A DNA stretch of 64,000 bases from Candidatus Aenigmatarchaeota archaeon (GCA_030615205.1 JAUWZS010000002.1:131212-195211); one strand, 5' to 3'; counted from the stretch's first letter, positions 27,518-37,807 are shown. The notes: a model not told the origin generated them from the sequence alone. Numbers and translations are program-made.

Positions 27518-28750
27518 TTGAAAGTAAAGAAAAAAAGTGATCCTTTGACTTTTGATTTTGAGAAAGAAAGCATCCGCATGGCAGCACAAAGCATCCGTGA
27601 GCGGAAGCTGCGCAGTGCGTTGACAATCATAGGAATAGTAATAGGTATAGCTGCTATCATTTCCCTTGTATCGATCGGCGAAGGCACTAACATGTACATA
27701 AGGGAACAGTTCGAGCAGTTTGGCGCTAATAAAATAATTATAATGCCTTCATTCCAAATGGGCCAGGGCGCTTTAGGCAGCACGCAACAGCTTTCGGAGA
27801 AAGACATAGATATAATAAAACGCGTACGTGGGATCGACAGTGCATTACCGATATTGTCCAAGAGTCTGCAAGTCGAGTATAATGGTGCAACGAATATTCT
27901 GCAGATCATGGGCATAAACACCGGAGAAGCAGAGGAATTCTTCTCAGACATACAGTCGTTCGAACTCAGGAGTGGCCGTTTCCCACGGGCTGGAGACAAA
28001 TATGTTGTTGTGGCTGGCAGTATAATCGCAAAAAGCAGTTTTGACAAAGAACTGAGAATTCGCGATAAACTTATCATAAAAGACAAGACGTTCAACATCA
28101 TAGGTATACTGAAAGAGACAGGAAACAGCCAGGATGACTCGTCTATGATTATGCCGTTGGAGACTATGCGTGACATTACCGGAGAGGAAGATGAGATATC
28201 TCTTATAATGGCAAGCACCAGTGATGCAAGCAATGTGGACAAAGTAGCTGAGCTCGTAGAGCAGAAATTAGACAATAAATACGGTGAAAAATCTTTTATG
28301 GTGCTTAGCACATCTCAGCTGGCCGAGCAGATATCAACTATGACAAGAACTCTTTCGCTCGTATTAGGCGGGATCGCAGGCATATCCCTACTCGTCGCTG
28401 GCATAGGAATAGCAAATACAATGTACATGTCCATACTCGAACGTACAAAAGAAATCGGGATAATGAAATCTATCGGCGCTACGAACAAGAACATACTTGA
28501 GATATTTATGATAGAAGCTGCCATCATCGGATTAATCGGCGGCATCATCGGCGCGACTGTAGGCACAATCATGTCACAAATTATCGGCATCGCGCTCGAA
28601 TCTTACGGCATGCCGCTGAAGACTGTTGTCACGCCCGAACTCTTGACAATTGGAATAAGCTTCTCGGTCGTGGTCGGCGTGCTTTCAGGCTTGATGCCTG
28701 CCCGCAAAGCATCTAGGCTAAACCCAATAGAAGCACTAAGGTACGAGTAG
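27518..28750 (+). CDS. ABC transporter permease (MacB/FtsX family)
   Basis: RSALTIIGIVIGI, GIANTMYMSILERTKEIGIMKSIGA, PARKASRLNPIEALRYE. Confidence 0.95.
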   Translation: MKVKKKSDPLTFDFEKESIRMAAQSIRERKLRSALTIIGIVIGIAAIISLVSIGEGTNMYIREQFEQFGANKIIIMPSFQMGQGALGSTQQLSEKDIDIIKRVRGIDSALPILSKSLQVEYNGATNILQIMGINTGEAEEFFSDIQSFELRSGRFPRAGDKYVVVAGSIIAKSSFDKELRIRDKLIIKDKTFNIIGILKETGNSQDDSSMIMPLETMRDITGEEDEISLIMASTSDASNVDKVAELVEQKLDNKYGEKSFMVLSTSQLAEQISTMTRTLSLVLGGIAGISLLVAGIGIANTMYMSILERTKEIGIMKSIGATNKNILEIFMIEAAIIGLIGGIIGATVGTIMSQIIGIALESYGMPLKTVVTPELLTIGISFSVVVGVLSGLMPARKASRLNPIEALRYE

Positions 28751-28766
28751 AATATACTTTTTTCTC

Positions 28767-28868
28767 CTACTCTGCAGGTTTTTCTTCTTTAGTTTCTTCG
28801 GTCTTTTCTTCTTCAGTTTTTTCTTCTTCTTTCTCTTCTTCCTCTTTCTTTTCTTCTTCTTCAACCAT
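28767..28868 (-). CDS. 33-aa highly acidic microprotein (not in the ORF track)
   Basis: MVEEEEKKEEEEKEEEKTEEEKTEETKEEKPAE; GGAG SD upstream; open through a purine-rich tract. Confidence 0.5.
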   Translation of the reverse strand: MVEEEEKKEEEEKEEEKTEEEKTEETKEEKPAE

Positions 28869-28989
28869 CTAATTCATCTCCTTTTTGTTTTGAAAAGTAA
28901 ATCTAATTGATTTTTAAGTTATATAAGTATAAAAGAAAAGTTTATTTTTTATTCAATCTTAAAAAAGTAAAAGATTATTTCTTCTTATA

Positions 28990-31692
28990 TCAATCTGGTG
29001 TAAATAAAGGAGGCGGACCTCCTCCCCCACCTCCTGGAGGAACAGTGGTAGTTGTAGTGGTTACCACTTCACAAGCATCTCCACATTTTGGGTCTGAATA
29101 ATACGGTGGTGAAGGACAAGTTACTCCCCATGTATCAGCCTGATCTGGATTTGGAACATACCAACAATTGTCACAAGCATCTCCTACACCATCTGCATCT
29201 GCGTCTGGTTGATAAGGTTCTCTAAATTGCACATTTGTTCGATAGTAGAACCAATCTGTTGGGCTCCTAATTCTTAAGTAAAACGGTTCTCCAGGATTTA
29301 TACCATAATCACCTAAGTCAATTTCATCAGATGTAATAATATTGCAATCTGAAGCAGAAGCTACAGTCCAGACTAATGTTCCTGCACCTCCACATTCTCC
29401 AGTTACAATATAATAATCCACTGGTCCTGTTATGAGATTACCAGGCTTGAATTGCAATCTCATCATATTAGAAGCTGGGCTTACAAAATCATACCAAAGG
29501 TCAAATGAATCTACTCCCCAACCACAGCTTGCACCACTATAACCATTAGCTCCTGTTCCACAACTCCAAGTTCCAGTAAACTTATGTCTGACATCTTCAT
29601 GATCAATAACTTCAGTAGTTGTATAAGTATATTCGACGTTTGCTATGTTAGGACAGTTATCTATATAATCTGGAACACCATCATTATCATCGTCATTAAG
29701 TGGATGATAATCTTTCCCATCACCATCTCCTGGAATTTCATAATAATTTGGAAGTCCTGGGTTACTTAACAAGTCAGACCAGTAATTACCAACATCGCTA
29801 AGATTCCAATTGTTGTTAGTCGATTTATCAGTTTCATAAGCATTCTCCTCATTATCTATGAAAGTGTTGTTCCAATAATTATTATAATCTGAATCACCGA
29901 GGGATGCTCCATAATTGTTATTTCCGATCAACTCATTGCTAGTGACGTCGTTGTAAGAGCTTTCAGCCAAATAAATTCCATCCCAACCATTGTAGTTTGC
30001 AGTATTACCAGTAAGGGCGTTGTTGTTAGAGTTGAAAGCCACAAAAAAGCCATTAGCACCATTGTAGTTTGCAGTATTAGCGATTAGATTGTTGTAAGAG
30101 CTCGTATATAAAAAAACGCCATCACCATCGTTATCGTTCGCAGTATTACCAGTTAGATTGTTGTAAGAGCTTTGATACAAAGCAATTCCATGATAAAACT
30201 CCTGTACATTGCAATTCTTAATAGTAACTCCATCCTTATTATCAAGATAAATTCCAATACCAAGACCGGTATTGTCTCCATCAATAAAACGACCAGCACA
30301 ATCAAGAGTTATATCACTAGCACCGATTATTAATCCATCCTCCGGGCAGTTTGTAAGGTTAGCAATCAATAGCGTATCATCTGTTATTGTTTCTCCGCAA
30401 CTGGCTACATAACCTTTATCTGCATAATAAATCATCTCTTCAACTCCGCACTCTCCATACCCAACAAAAAAATAACCATCATGGGGATCTGGTTCTTTTA
30501 GTGTTGTTCCATCCCAACCTATTCCCCAACTGTTTTTAGCAATCCAATACCCTTCGTACCATAAAAAGCCAGTATCCTTATAACCAGTAATAATCACATT
30601 ATGCCTGTTTAGTGAGACTGGGAAACACCTAAGAATATCTTCATCCCAGAAACTATCAACTTCATTCATAAATATACTAGTTACAAGAGGTCCCTTCTCA
30701 ATAAGATGTTGTTTAATGGTTTGTTGATTACTCGAAACAGGACCATAATCATCTATTTTTTCTAATCTACTTTCCCAATCCCCACACAATTCACAAGGAA
30801 CATTTGCTTGATAAGGTTTGTTAGGGAAGCAATCCTCATCAACTACTCCTTCATTCTTAATGTATTCAAAGACTATATTAGGAAATCCGCCAGTGCTACA
30901 AGAACCACAACCAGTACAACAATCATCTCCATTTGAAATTAATTGTTGCTCTGATAAGTCTAAATCAAGGTTAGGGTTATTCTTACGAATATTGTACATA
31001 GCTTCCACTACCCCAATAGAGGCAAATGCCCAGCAGGAACCACACATAGTACCTTGGTTCTTTACAGAAGTCATCCAATCTTCCCCATTTTTATCTCTCC
31101 AGTCAAATGAATCGGGTAAACTCATTGTTGAAACCCTTTCTTCTGGAGCAGTTGAGGTTTGTTCTATGGAAATGCTTCCTCTAGTAGCCTTTTTACTCAA
31201 ACCAAACAAATCTGTGACAGAACCAATTTCCTTTTTTTTACGAACACAAACAGCATAATGTCTTGAAAAAGGATTCTTACCATCAGTCTTTACTATCAAA
31301 TCATAGCCTTGTCTAGCACAATAAGAATATTCTTGTCCACATTTTCCTGTCAAGAATTGCCATTCTTCGCATTCGCTTTTATCAGGAAATATGCATATAC
31401 CTTTCTGTCCTCGGTCTGTATCAACTATTTTGTATTCATATCCCAGATCATGACAATATACAGCAGCAGGGTTAGCCATTCCATAAGAATCGATATTAAT
31501 GGAGCTTTCACAGATCTTTTTCTGTTGACCAGGGGCTCTCTCTAATCCTGATGGAGATGCTTGTGACGATGCTCCCCTTGATTTGATGCTTGGGTCTGCA
31601 CTGACCATAGAGTTAACGATAAAGACAGATAGACATATCAGCATTACCAGGAACAATATAACTATTTTTTTGTTGATATTCACACCCCCCAA
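28990..31692 (-). CDS. secreted multidomain C1A (papain-like) cysteine protease: DUF333 + C1A + NosD/PbH beta-helix + TSP3-like repeats
   Basis: MANPAAVYC (DUF333); FDWR, KNQG..CGSCWAF, H.V.ITGY, WIAKNSWG; SSYNNL.GNTAN repeats; DNDGVPD..DNCP, DADGVGDACDNC. Confidence 0.88.
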   Translation of the reverse strand: MGGVNINKKIVILFLVMLICLSVFIVNSMVSADPSIKSRGASSQASPSGLERAPGQQKKICESSINIDSYGMANPAAVYCHDLGYEYKIVDTDRGQKGICIFPDKSECEEWQFLTGKCGQEYSYCARQGYDLIVKTDGKNPFSRHYAVCVRKKKEIGSVTDLFGLSKKATRGSISIEQTSTAPEERVSTMSLPDSFDWRDKNGEDWMTSVKNQGTMCGSCWAFASIGVVEAMYNIRKNNPNLDLDLSEQQLISNGDDCCTGCGSCSTGGFPNIVFEYIKNEGVVDEDCFPNKPYQANVPCELCGDWESRLEKIDDYGPVSSNQQTIKQHLIEKGPLVTSIFMNEVDSFWDEDILRCFPVSLNRHNVIITGYKDTGFLWYEGYWIAKNSWGIGWDGTTLKEPDPHDGYFFVGYGECGVEEMIYYADKGYVASCGETITDDTLLIANLTNCPEDGLIIGASDITLDCAGRFIDGDNTGLGIGIYLDNKDGVTIKNCNVQEFYHGIALYQSSYNNLTGNTANDNDGDGVFLYTSSYNNLIANTANYNGANGFFVAFNSNNNALTGNTANYNGWDGIYLAESSYNDVTSNELIGNNNYGASLGDSDYNNYWNNTFIDNEENAYETDKSTNNNWNLSDVGNYWSDLLSNPGLPNYYEIPGDGDGKDYHPLNDDDNDGVPDYIDNCPNIANVEYTYTTTEVIDHEDVRHKFTGTWSCGTGANGYSGASCGWGVDSFDLWYDFVSPASNMMRLQFKPGNLITGPVDYYIVTGECGGAGTLVWTVASASDCNIITSDEIDLGDYGINPGEPFYLRIRSPTDWFYYRTNVQFREPYQPDADADGVGDACDNCWYVPNPDQADTWGVTCPSPPYYSDPKCGDACEVVTTTTTTVPPGGGGGGPPPLFTPD

Positions 31693-31805
31693 CCAAGATA
31701 CTTACAGAATTTAAGAAATAAATAGATATTACCCGAACCAAAAAAATATACTTTCTACTCTAAGATTGTAAAAAAATAAAAAAAATAAAAAATCAAAAAC
31801 ATTTT

Positions 31806-32141
31806 TTATTTTCCTAGTTCGTATACTGCTTTCAAAGCGACTATCACTGCAGCTGGAGCAACGAATGTTGCAATGTTTAGTAGTATCGGTCCTACATACG
31901 TTCCTATTAGTGGCAGGGCCCCTAAGCCTGCAGCACCTGTCAATAGCAACGCCATTGCTGCTATCAAGAAGTTGTACACTTCTTTTTCTGATATGTTCAA
32001 GAAACCGACGATTACTCCTAGGACCACTAAGAGCATAACAATTGTTTCAGCGTAAGCTGTCCCTAGTAATGGTAGCCCTGCTAATATCGCTATTATTACT
32101 CCAAGAATGAAAGACCAGTGTCCTATTTCTTCTAGTTTCAT
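31806..32141 (-). CDS. small multi-pass membrane protein
   Basis: WSFILGVIIAIL...LG.IVGFLNI.EKE...FVAPAAVIVALK; AAGGTG SD. Confidence 0.75.
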   Translation of the reverse strand: MKLEEIGHWSFILGVIIAILAGLPLLGTAYAETIVMLLVVLGVIVGFLNISEKEVYNFLIAAMALLLTGAAGLGALPLIGTYVGPILLNIATFVAPAAVIVALKAVYELGK

Positions 32142-32365
32142 TTTTACACCTTATATTTCTTTAAGAAAGGCTGGCTTATAAACCTTCGTTAATCTTCGTT
32201 AAATTAAAAATCTTTTAAACTCAGTACTTTCGTAACAATAAATTTCTGGGACAGCTTTTCATTTTGATTAAATTTGATTATACTGATTTTCTGTTTTTGG
32301 TCAGACTTTTAATGTTATCGTTTTTTGATTGACACTTAAATAATTTTTGATTTAGGTTATAATTA

Positions 32366-32884
32366 GTGGGAAAAATGGGTAGTTTAAAAGATGCTGCTGC
32401 TAAGGTCATTGGTCGGATAAGTTCGAACAGGCTTACTCCTTATAATAAACTTACTCCTTATCTTTTCGATTCTGATATGAGTGCAGAAGATGTCCAAGGC
32501 CTCGCACCAGAAACAGGAAGTAATACTGCTTATGTTGCTGGCTCACCTTCAGGGCAAAATGCTAGTATTGGCAAAAGATATAAACTTGCCGGAATCATTC
32601 TAGGAGCTACTGATCTTCTTTGCGCGGGTATATATAAAATAGTTGTTGAACATGGTATGGATTTGTATTACAAGTTTGTTCCAGGCTCAGAAGCATATAA
32701 TGGACTACATCCCGCTCAGAAGTTACTTCGTCATCTTGTGTCTGCTGATGCTCCAAAACTTGGTCCTATTACACCAGTCTCAGCAGGTTGGATTGCTTTA
32801 ACCGCAGCATGGTTAGTAGGTTTAGGATTATATCTCCATGGCAGAGACAAGGAGGGGGAAAAAGAAATAAGGTCTTTCGAATGA
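32366..32884 (+). CDS. hypothetical membrane protein
   Basis: 172-aa ORF; stop overlaps the ATG of the protease (ATGA). Confidence 0.6.
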   Translation: MGKMGSLKDAAAKVIGRISSNRLTPYNKLTPYLFDSDMSAEDVQGLAPETGSNTAYVAGSPSGQNASIGKRYKLAGIILGATDLLCAGIYKIVVEHGMDLYYKFVPGSEAYNGLHPAQKLLRHLVSADAPKLGPITPVSAGWIALTAAWLVGLGLYLHGRDKEGEKEIRSFE

Positions 32885-35529
32885 TTCCAAAATATCTTCA
32901 AAAAAATTCAGGGAAGTTTTTATTACTTTTTTCTATATTTTTTTTGCTAATAACACCAAATCTTGCAAACGCAATTTATTCTCAGTATTCCCAGATTCCA
33001 ACCAAAGTCTTTGAACTTGACAAAACCATTCCACAGGAAAACGTGACGATGAAAGGAATCGTCGTGGTTTCTCCTACTCGTCCAAATAAACCAAAGTTAT
33101 TAAAGAAAGGGGAAATAAAGAACGACAAAAAACTCTCAAATATTGTGAGAAAATATGATGGAAACATAGCGTTTACATCAAAATATGGTCATTCCTATAT
33201 AGATGTACCTGAAGAAAATTATGAAGCAATCATAACTAAGCTAAGGGCCGTGGGGTATAAAGTAAGAGACGAATTGATATTACAACCTATGCTCGACGAA
33301 TCATTGGTTGTCATAAGTGCACCTTATACTTGGTACAGCAGCGGCCAAGAATTAACTCTCACTGGAAATAACAGGGTCATTGCAATACTTGATACAGGAA
33401 TAGATGATACCCACAGCGATCTTCAAGGCAAGGTCCTTGCATGGAGAGATTCAATCGAAATCGTCGATAATGAAAATTATGGAAGTATTACTCCTTACGA
33501 TGACAACGGACATGGAACCTTTGTAAGTTCTATAGCTGTTGGAACTGGTGAAGCATCAAGCGGTCAATACACAGGAGTTGCACCCGGTGCAAACCTTTTG
33601 GTGGCCAGAGTCTGTGGACCAGTATACAACTGGGGATACTTACGGTGGGAATGTAGAGAACGCTATCTGGAAGATGCGTTGCAATGGATAATCGATCTCT
33701 TTGATTCCGGAGCATACCAAGCGGATGTGATAAGCATGAGCCTTGGGGCATCGAACCCAGAACCAAATAAATGCACGGACATGAACTCTGGTATGAATGA
33801 ATTGATCTCAGATGCCATTTCAAGAGGCATTCCTGTAGTTGCAGCTGCTGGAAACGATGGTCCTGCAAATGATATAAAGGTAGGTGGGATATTTGAAGGG
33901 GCTATAACTTGGCCAGCTTGCGTACAAGATGTGATTGCTGTAGGCGCAACGTACAAAAAGGCCTACCAAGGTTACAGTTTTGGTTTGGATATCCAAGAGC
34001 GTTTGTTAGTAAGTACTAAAGTCCATGTCAAAATTGATTGGGTTGATCCTGATGGTATAGCTCGCTCTGATGAGTATGAATGGGAAGCTTTCAATGCATC
34101 ATGGTCGGGCTTATATGAAAAGTCAGGTTTCGACAAAGTAATTAATCCTGGTCCATATACTGAAGACGTTTGGGTTAGTTATGAAGTGATGGAAAGAGTT
34201 ATAGGTTGTCACCTATTATTTGGTTGTCCACATATCGACGAAATATGGTATCCATCAGGAAGTGAAGAAAAGGGAGTGGCTTATTTTGGGAGACAATGTT
34301 ATGTGCCTTTTGGGTATGATAATCAAATGGTAGTTCAATTCTCAGCATGGCCGATGGTTGAAGAGATACCGGGCATACTAGGATGGACATATTATCATAC
34401 CTACTTTCCTCGTTATGAACCAGAGCCAGGCATACATGGCGAACCCAAAGGAATAAATATTAACTGTTATAAGAACATTCATGACTGGGAACTTATGACA
34501 GATTTCATTCCCTTCTGGAGTAGCAGAGGTCCTCCTCCTCAAGGTGGAATAATGAAACCTGATGTTGTCGCACCTGGTTATCATATATGTGCAGCTCATG
34601 CAGAAAATACAGAAATAGGAGAAGATATTTGCGGCAATGATCAATATACAGCTGCTATGGGAACTTCTGCTTCAACACCTTTTGTTTCTGGATTGATCGC
34701 ATTACTAAAAGAGGCAAAGCCAAATGCGGACATCAACTTGGTCAAAGATTCCATATTCAATACAGCAGATGATGTTTGCGGGGTTAATGGTTATGATGGT
34801 TATTGGAATGACAAATATTCTTGTGCAGGAGAAGGTCATGGCAGAATAAATGTACAGAAGGCCGTGGATTATATAACAGACTGCAGCCTTAAAGATGGCT
34901 GGAATTGTAACAGGAATAGTAGAGAATACTGGGATTATTATTATGATAGTGAATCTGGATCTTGTACATATTCTATAACTGCAAATGAAGATTGTAGAGT
35001 CGATGCATCTGATTCTGATGGAGGTCTAGCATACAAAACAAGAGGAACATGCACGGATTACACAGGCTGCTTAAATGGAAATTGTCAAAGCAGTAGTTAT
35101 ACAGATGTTTGTGCCAAGGACGCTACTCCAGACTGTAGAGATGAACCATTCAACTGTCCCTCTGGAAATTGTAAGACTCTGGGTTTTGATTCTGGAAAAT
35201 GTTTTCATGATGTCAGTTGTAACCCACCATATTTACCAGTCTGTGAAGTAGACTGTGTCGCAACTTATGGCTCTGGTTGGAGTTGTGCCTGGGACCCTTG
35301 GTATGGATGCTACTGTAAAAAACAAGCCAGTATAACAGCAGGCCATGAAAACTATGTAAAAGAATATTATGTTTCTGGAACGGGCGATTCAACCACTTGT
35401 AGCTATACTTATAAGAACTGTAAGGATTATGGGACATATTGGACTTGTTCTGATGGAAGATGTGTGTATACTAGTAGTGATGGCGGTGGGGGTGGAGGTG
35501 GTGGACCTCCTAGATTTACTGTGAAATAA
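32881..35529 (+). CDS. secreted S8 subtilisin-like serine protease with internal insertion and Cys-rich tail
   Basis: ILDTG, NGHGT, AAAGN, KPDVVAPG, GTSAS.P.VSG; signal peptide from MIPKYL. Confidence 0.9.
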   Translation: MIPKYLQKNSGKFLLLFSIFFLLITPNLANAIYSQYSQIPTKVFELDKTIPQENVTMKGIVVVSPTRPNKPKLLKKGEIKNDKKLSNIVRKYDGNIAFTSKYGHSYIDVPEENYEAIITKLRAVGYKVRDELILQPMLDESLVVISAPYTWYSSGQELTLTGNNRVIAILDTGIDDTHSDLQGKVLAWRDSIEIVDNENYGSITPYDDNGHGTFVSSIAVGTGEASSGQYTGVAPGANLLVARVCGPVYNWGYLRWECRERYLEDALQWIIDLFDSGAYQADVISMSLGASNPEPNKCTDMNSGMNELISDAISRGIPVVAAAGNDGPANDIKVGGIFEGAITWPACVQDVIAVGATYKKAYQGYSFGLDIQERLLVSTKVHVKIDWVDPDGIARSDEYEWEAFNASWSGLYEKSGFDKVINPGPYTEDVWVSYEVMERVIGCHLLFGCPHIDEIWYPSGSEEKGVAYFGRQCYVPFGYDNQMVVQFSAWPMVEEIPGILGWTYYHTYFPRYEPEPGIHGEPKGININCYKNIHDWELMTDFIPFWSSRGPPPQGGIMKPDVVAPGYHICAAHAENTEIGEDICGNDQYTAAMGTSASTPFVSGLIALLKEAKPNADINLVKDSIFNTADDVCGVNGYDGYWNDKYSCAGEGHGRINVQKAVDYITDCSLKDGWNCNRNSREYWDYYYDSESGSCTYSITANEDCRVDASDSDGGLAYKTRGTCTDYTGCLNGNCQSSSYTDVCAKDATPDCRDEPFNCPSGNCKTLGFDSGKCFHDVSCNPPYLPVCEVDCVATYGSGWSCAWDPWYGCYCKKQASITAGHENYVKEYYVSGTGDSTTCSYTYKNCKDYGTYWTCSDGRCVYTSSDGGGGGGGGPPRFTVK

Positions 35530-35626
35530 ATCCTTGTTATTGATAAAATCTCTCCATTTCTTCAAAAAGATGGTTATGTCTTCGTGATGACAGTAAACAA
35601 AACTATAGAAATAATCAGTTGTTAAG

Positions 35627-35651
35627 AAAAAAGTAAGGGCATCACAGCCCT
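35627..35651 (-). terminator. hairpin + T-tract after 35660..36367
   Basis: minus strand AGGGC-tgtgat-GCCCT followed by TACTTTTTT. Confidence 0.45.
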
Positions 35652-35659
35652 GTCTAAAT

Positions 35660-36367
35660 TTAAGCTACGTAATATCCATCTACATAGACATCAAGAGCTT
35701 TGCTGCTGTCCAACTCGAGTGTCAGCAGATATTCCCCGTTGCTGTTGCTTGTGCCTTCGGTCACCGCAGTTGTATTATCTGAATCTGCATCGTTTTCAAA
35801 TGCAAGCACTCTCACATCGCCAACGAACGCACCAGTCAAATCATCAATTATGTATCCGTTGATCCATGCAGGAGTAGGAGCTGTTTCCAAACTCACAGTC
35901 ACATATGCTTTTGTGCCTACAGTCGACAACACCGGCACTTGATCCACAACGTCTTCGTATCCGCTGATATTATACACAGAAACTGTAGCTATTGCCGCAA
36001 GCGCTGAATTGTTTATCAAATCATACGAATAGCCGTTCTCAATGCCGACCAGCCTAAGCAACTCATTTCCTTCTGCATCCTTTAACACTATTACGCTTTC
36101 ATTGTCATCAAACTTCAAATAGCTAGTGCTATTTCCCTTCCTGAACCTGACACTAGCATTATAAAACATACGCACAGTTATATTGCGCTCGTAGTATTCG
36201 CCAGGCGCAAGTGTTTTGTCAAAAGCCTTGAAAAATCCAGTAAAGCTTATGCCAGATGCAAATGAAGCCACAGCAAGCAAAGTAATCGCAGCAAAAACTC
36301 CGATTCCAGCCAGCACATATCTGTTCGTTAATTTTTTCGTTATTAAATTATTCTTTATGTCTTTCAT
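35660..36367 (-). CDS. membrane-anchored protein with C-terminal carboxypeptidase-regulatory-like beta domain
   Basis: N-terminal TM; I.G.IID..TG..V..V.V...TSNSNGEY.L. Confidence 0.6.
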   Translation of the reverse strand: MKDIKNNLITKKLTNRYVLAGIGVFAAITLLAVASFASGISFTGFFKAFDKTLAPGEYYERNITVRMFYNASVRFRKGNSTSYLKFDDNESVIVLKDAEGNELLRLVGIENGYSYDLINNSALAAIATVSVYNISGYEDVVDQVPVLSTVGTKAYVTVSLETAPTPAWINGYIIDDLTGAFVGDVRVLAFENDADSDNTTAVTEGTSNSNGEYLLTLELDSSKALDVYVDGYYVA

Positions 36368-36502
36368 ATTTTTTCTTTTCGCTGTTGACGTCTGTTATAT
36401 ATTTAGGACCATAACTGGTGGTGACAGTTTAGTTGTAACACAACTTAAAGTGTATCGGAAGAAGAATGAATTTGAGTGGAATTTGGACCCACTGAAATAA
36501 TT

Positions 36503-36880
36503 TTATTTTCTTTGTGTTCTTTCGTCTTTAAGTTTTGTGATAAGGGAGGTCAATAGTTTCAGATCAATTTCAGAAATTTTAAATTCATCAATATGTGGGC
36601 AATCTTCATCTAATATAGCACAATTTTTATCTTCGTCATATATTATGGGATATAATTTACATCCTTCTGGTCTATTTTCGTAAATCAAGCATTGTTCACC
36701 ATCATTAAAAACACATCTTCCATCGTAATTTTTTATTTGTAACCAACCATCTTTATTGACAGCAAAATAATCATTGTCGAAACCTAATTGTTTTATCCGT
36801 TCAATGTCTTCGTTTAACAAAGGCATCTCAGTTTCTAAACAACAATTAACGCATTTGTGACGTATACAAGAACTTCTCAT
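36503..36880 (-). CDS. YkgJ family cysteine-cluster (CxxCxxCC) protein
   Basis: CIRHKCVNCC...GRCVF...C.IYENRPEGCKLYP. Confidence 0.9.
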   Translation of the reverse strand: MRSSCIRHKCVNCCLETEMPLLNEDIERIKQLGFDNDYFAVNKDGWLQIKNYDGRCVFNDGEQCLIYENRPEGCKLYPIIYDEDKNCAILDEDCPHIDEFKISEIDLKLLTSLITKLKDERTQRK

Positions 36881-37129
36881 ATCCTCAGTTTGTTTAAGAA
36901 GATTCAACTATAAAAATATATAATTTCATGTTGGAAGTGGAATTTTTATCCAAAAAAAAATATAAGCCACTCCAAAACTAAATTTATAAGTGCGGACAGA
37001 AACACTGTGGATAGAAATGATGGATAAGGGTTTTCGTCTTATCACGTATCACATCTTAATCCCATAAAATCCGACTCAAAAATTAGCCTATTTTTTAAAA
37101 AGTTTAAATGTTTTACTTGTTTTTTATTA

Positions 37130-37759
37130 ATGACTAAAATGAAACCATCCGACCTTTCAGAAGAGCAAATACAGACACTGTTTGAATTATTCGATAGAGG
37201 GATAAAACCAAAAGAAGCTGCTCGAAAAACCGGCATTGAATATAAGACAGTAGTTTATGTAAGAAGACGTTCGTATTGGCTTAAGAAAAACTGGTCTGGA
37301 TCAATAGCAGCATATAAAAAAGATTTGGCTGGAAGGAAAGGTTTTCCATCACGTGCAAAATACTTTAAGTATTTGATTGAGAAGAAGTTCGGATCAACTG
37401 CAAAATATAACAAATATTTGGCTGAGAAGGCAGGATTTGAATCATCAACAGAACACCAGAAACATCGGATTGAGAAGAGAGGATTTAAAACAGTAGCGGA
37501 CTACCGTAAGGATTTGAGACGTAGTAAGAGTATTAATGCTATAGTCACTATCTTGCATGAAAATGCAGCATCAGCAAAAGAAGTTTCTCAAGAAATAAAA
37601 AAGAGATCAGGTTTTTCAGTAAAACCATCCACAATAGAAAGAAAAATAAGGCAATTCGAATCTGTTGGTCCCTGGGTCAACTTAGATGAAGAAACTAAAA
37701 GATACAAACTATACGAAGATCATTGGTTTGTTAGATCAATGATGCAAGAAATAGTTTAA
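37130..37759 (+). CDS. DNA-binding protein with N-terminal HTH, internal GF.S..Y repeats and C-terminal wHTH-like region
   Basis: KPKEAARKTGIEYKTV; GFPSRAKY/FGSTAKY/GFESSTEH/GFKTVADY. Confidence 0.6.
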   Translation: MTKMKPSDLSEEQIQTLFELFDRGIKPKEAARKTGIEYKTVVYVRRRSYWLKKNWSGSIAAYKKDLAGRKGFPSRAKYFKYLIEKKFGSTAKYNKYLAEKAGFESSTEHQKHRIEKRGFKTVADYRKDLRRSKSINAIVTILHENAASAKEVSQEIKKRSGFSVKPSTIERKIRQFESVGPWVNLDEETKRYKLYEDHWFVRSMMQEIV

Positions 37760-37807
37760 GAATAATTAAGAAAGGGTATTTTTTAAGAAAGATTACAAAT
37801 AATTAAT

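Noticed and set aside
27340..28311. 323-aa antisense ORF
   Set aside because: Mirror of the MacB-type permease.
36475..36945. AGTGGAATTT 10-bp direct repeat flanking the YkgJ gene; possible mini-ORB or target duplication
   Set aside because: Too short in AT-rich DNA, and lacks the TCCA..GGA dyad and G-string of ORB boxes.
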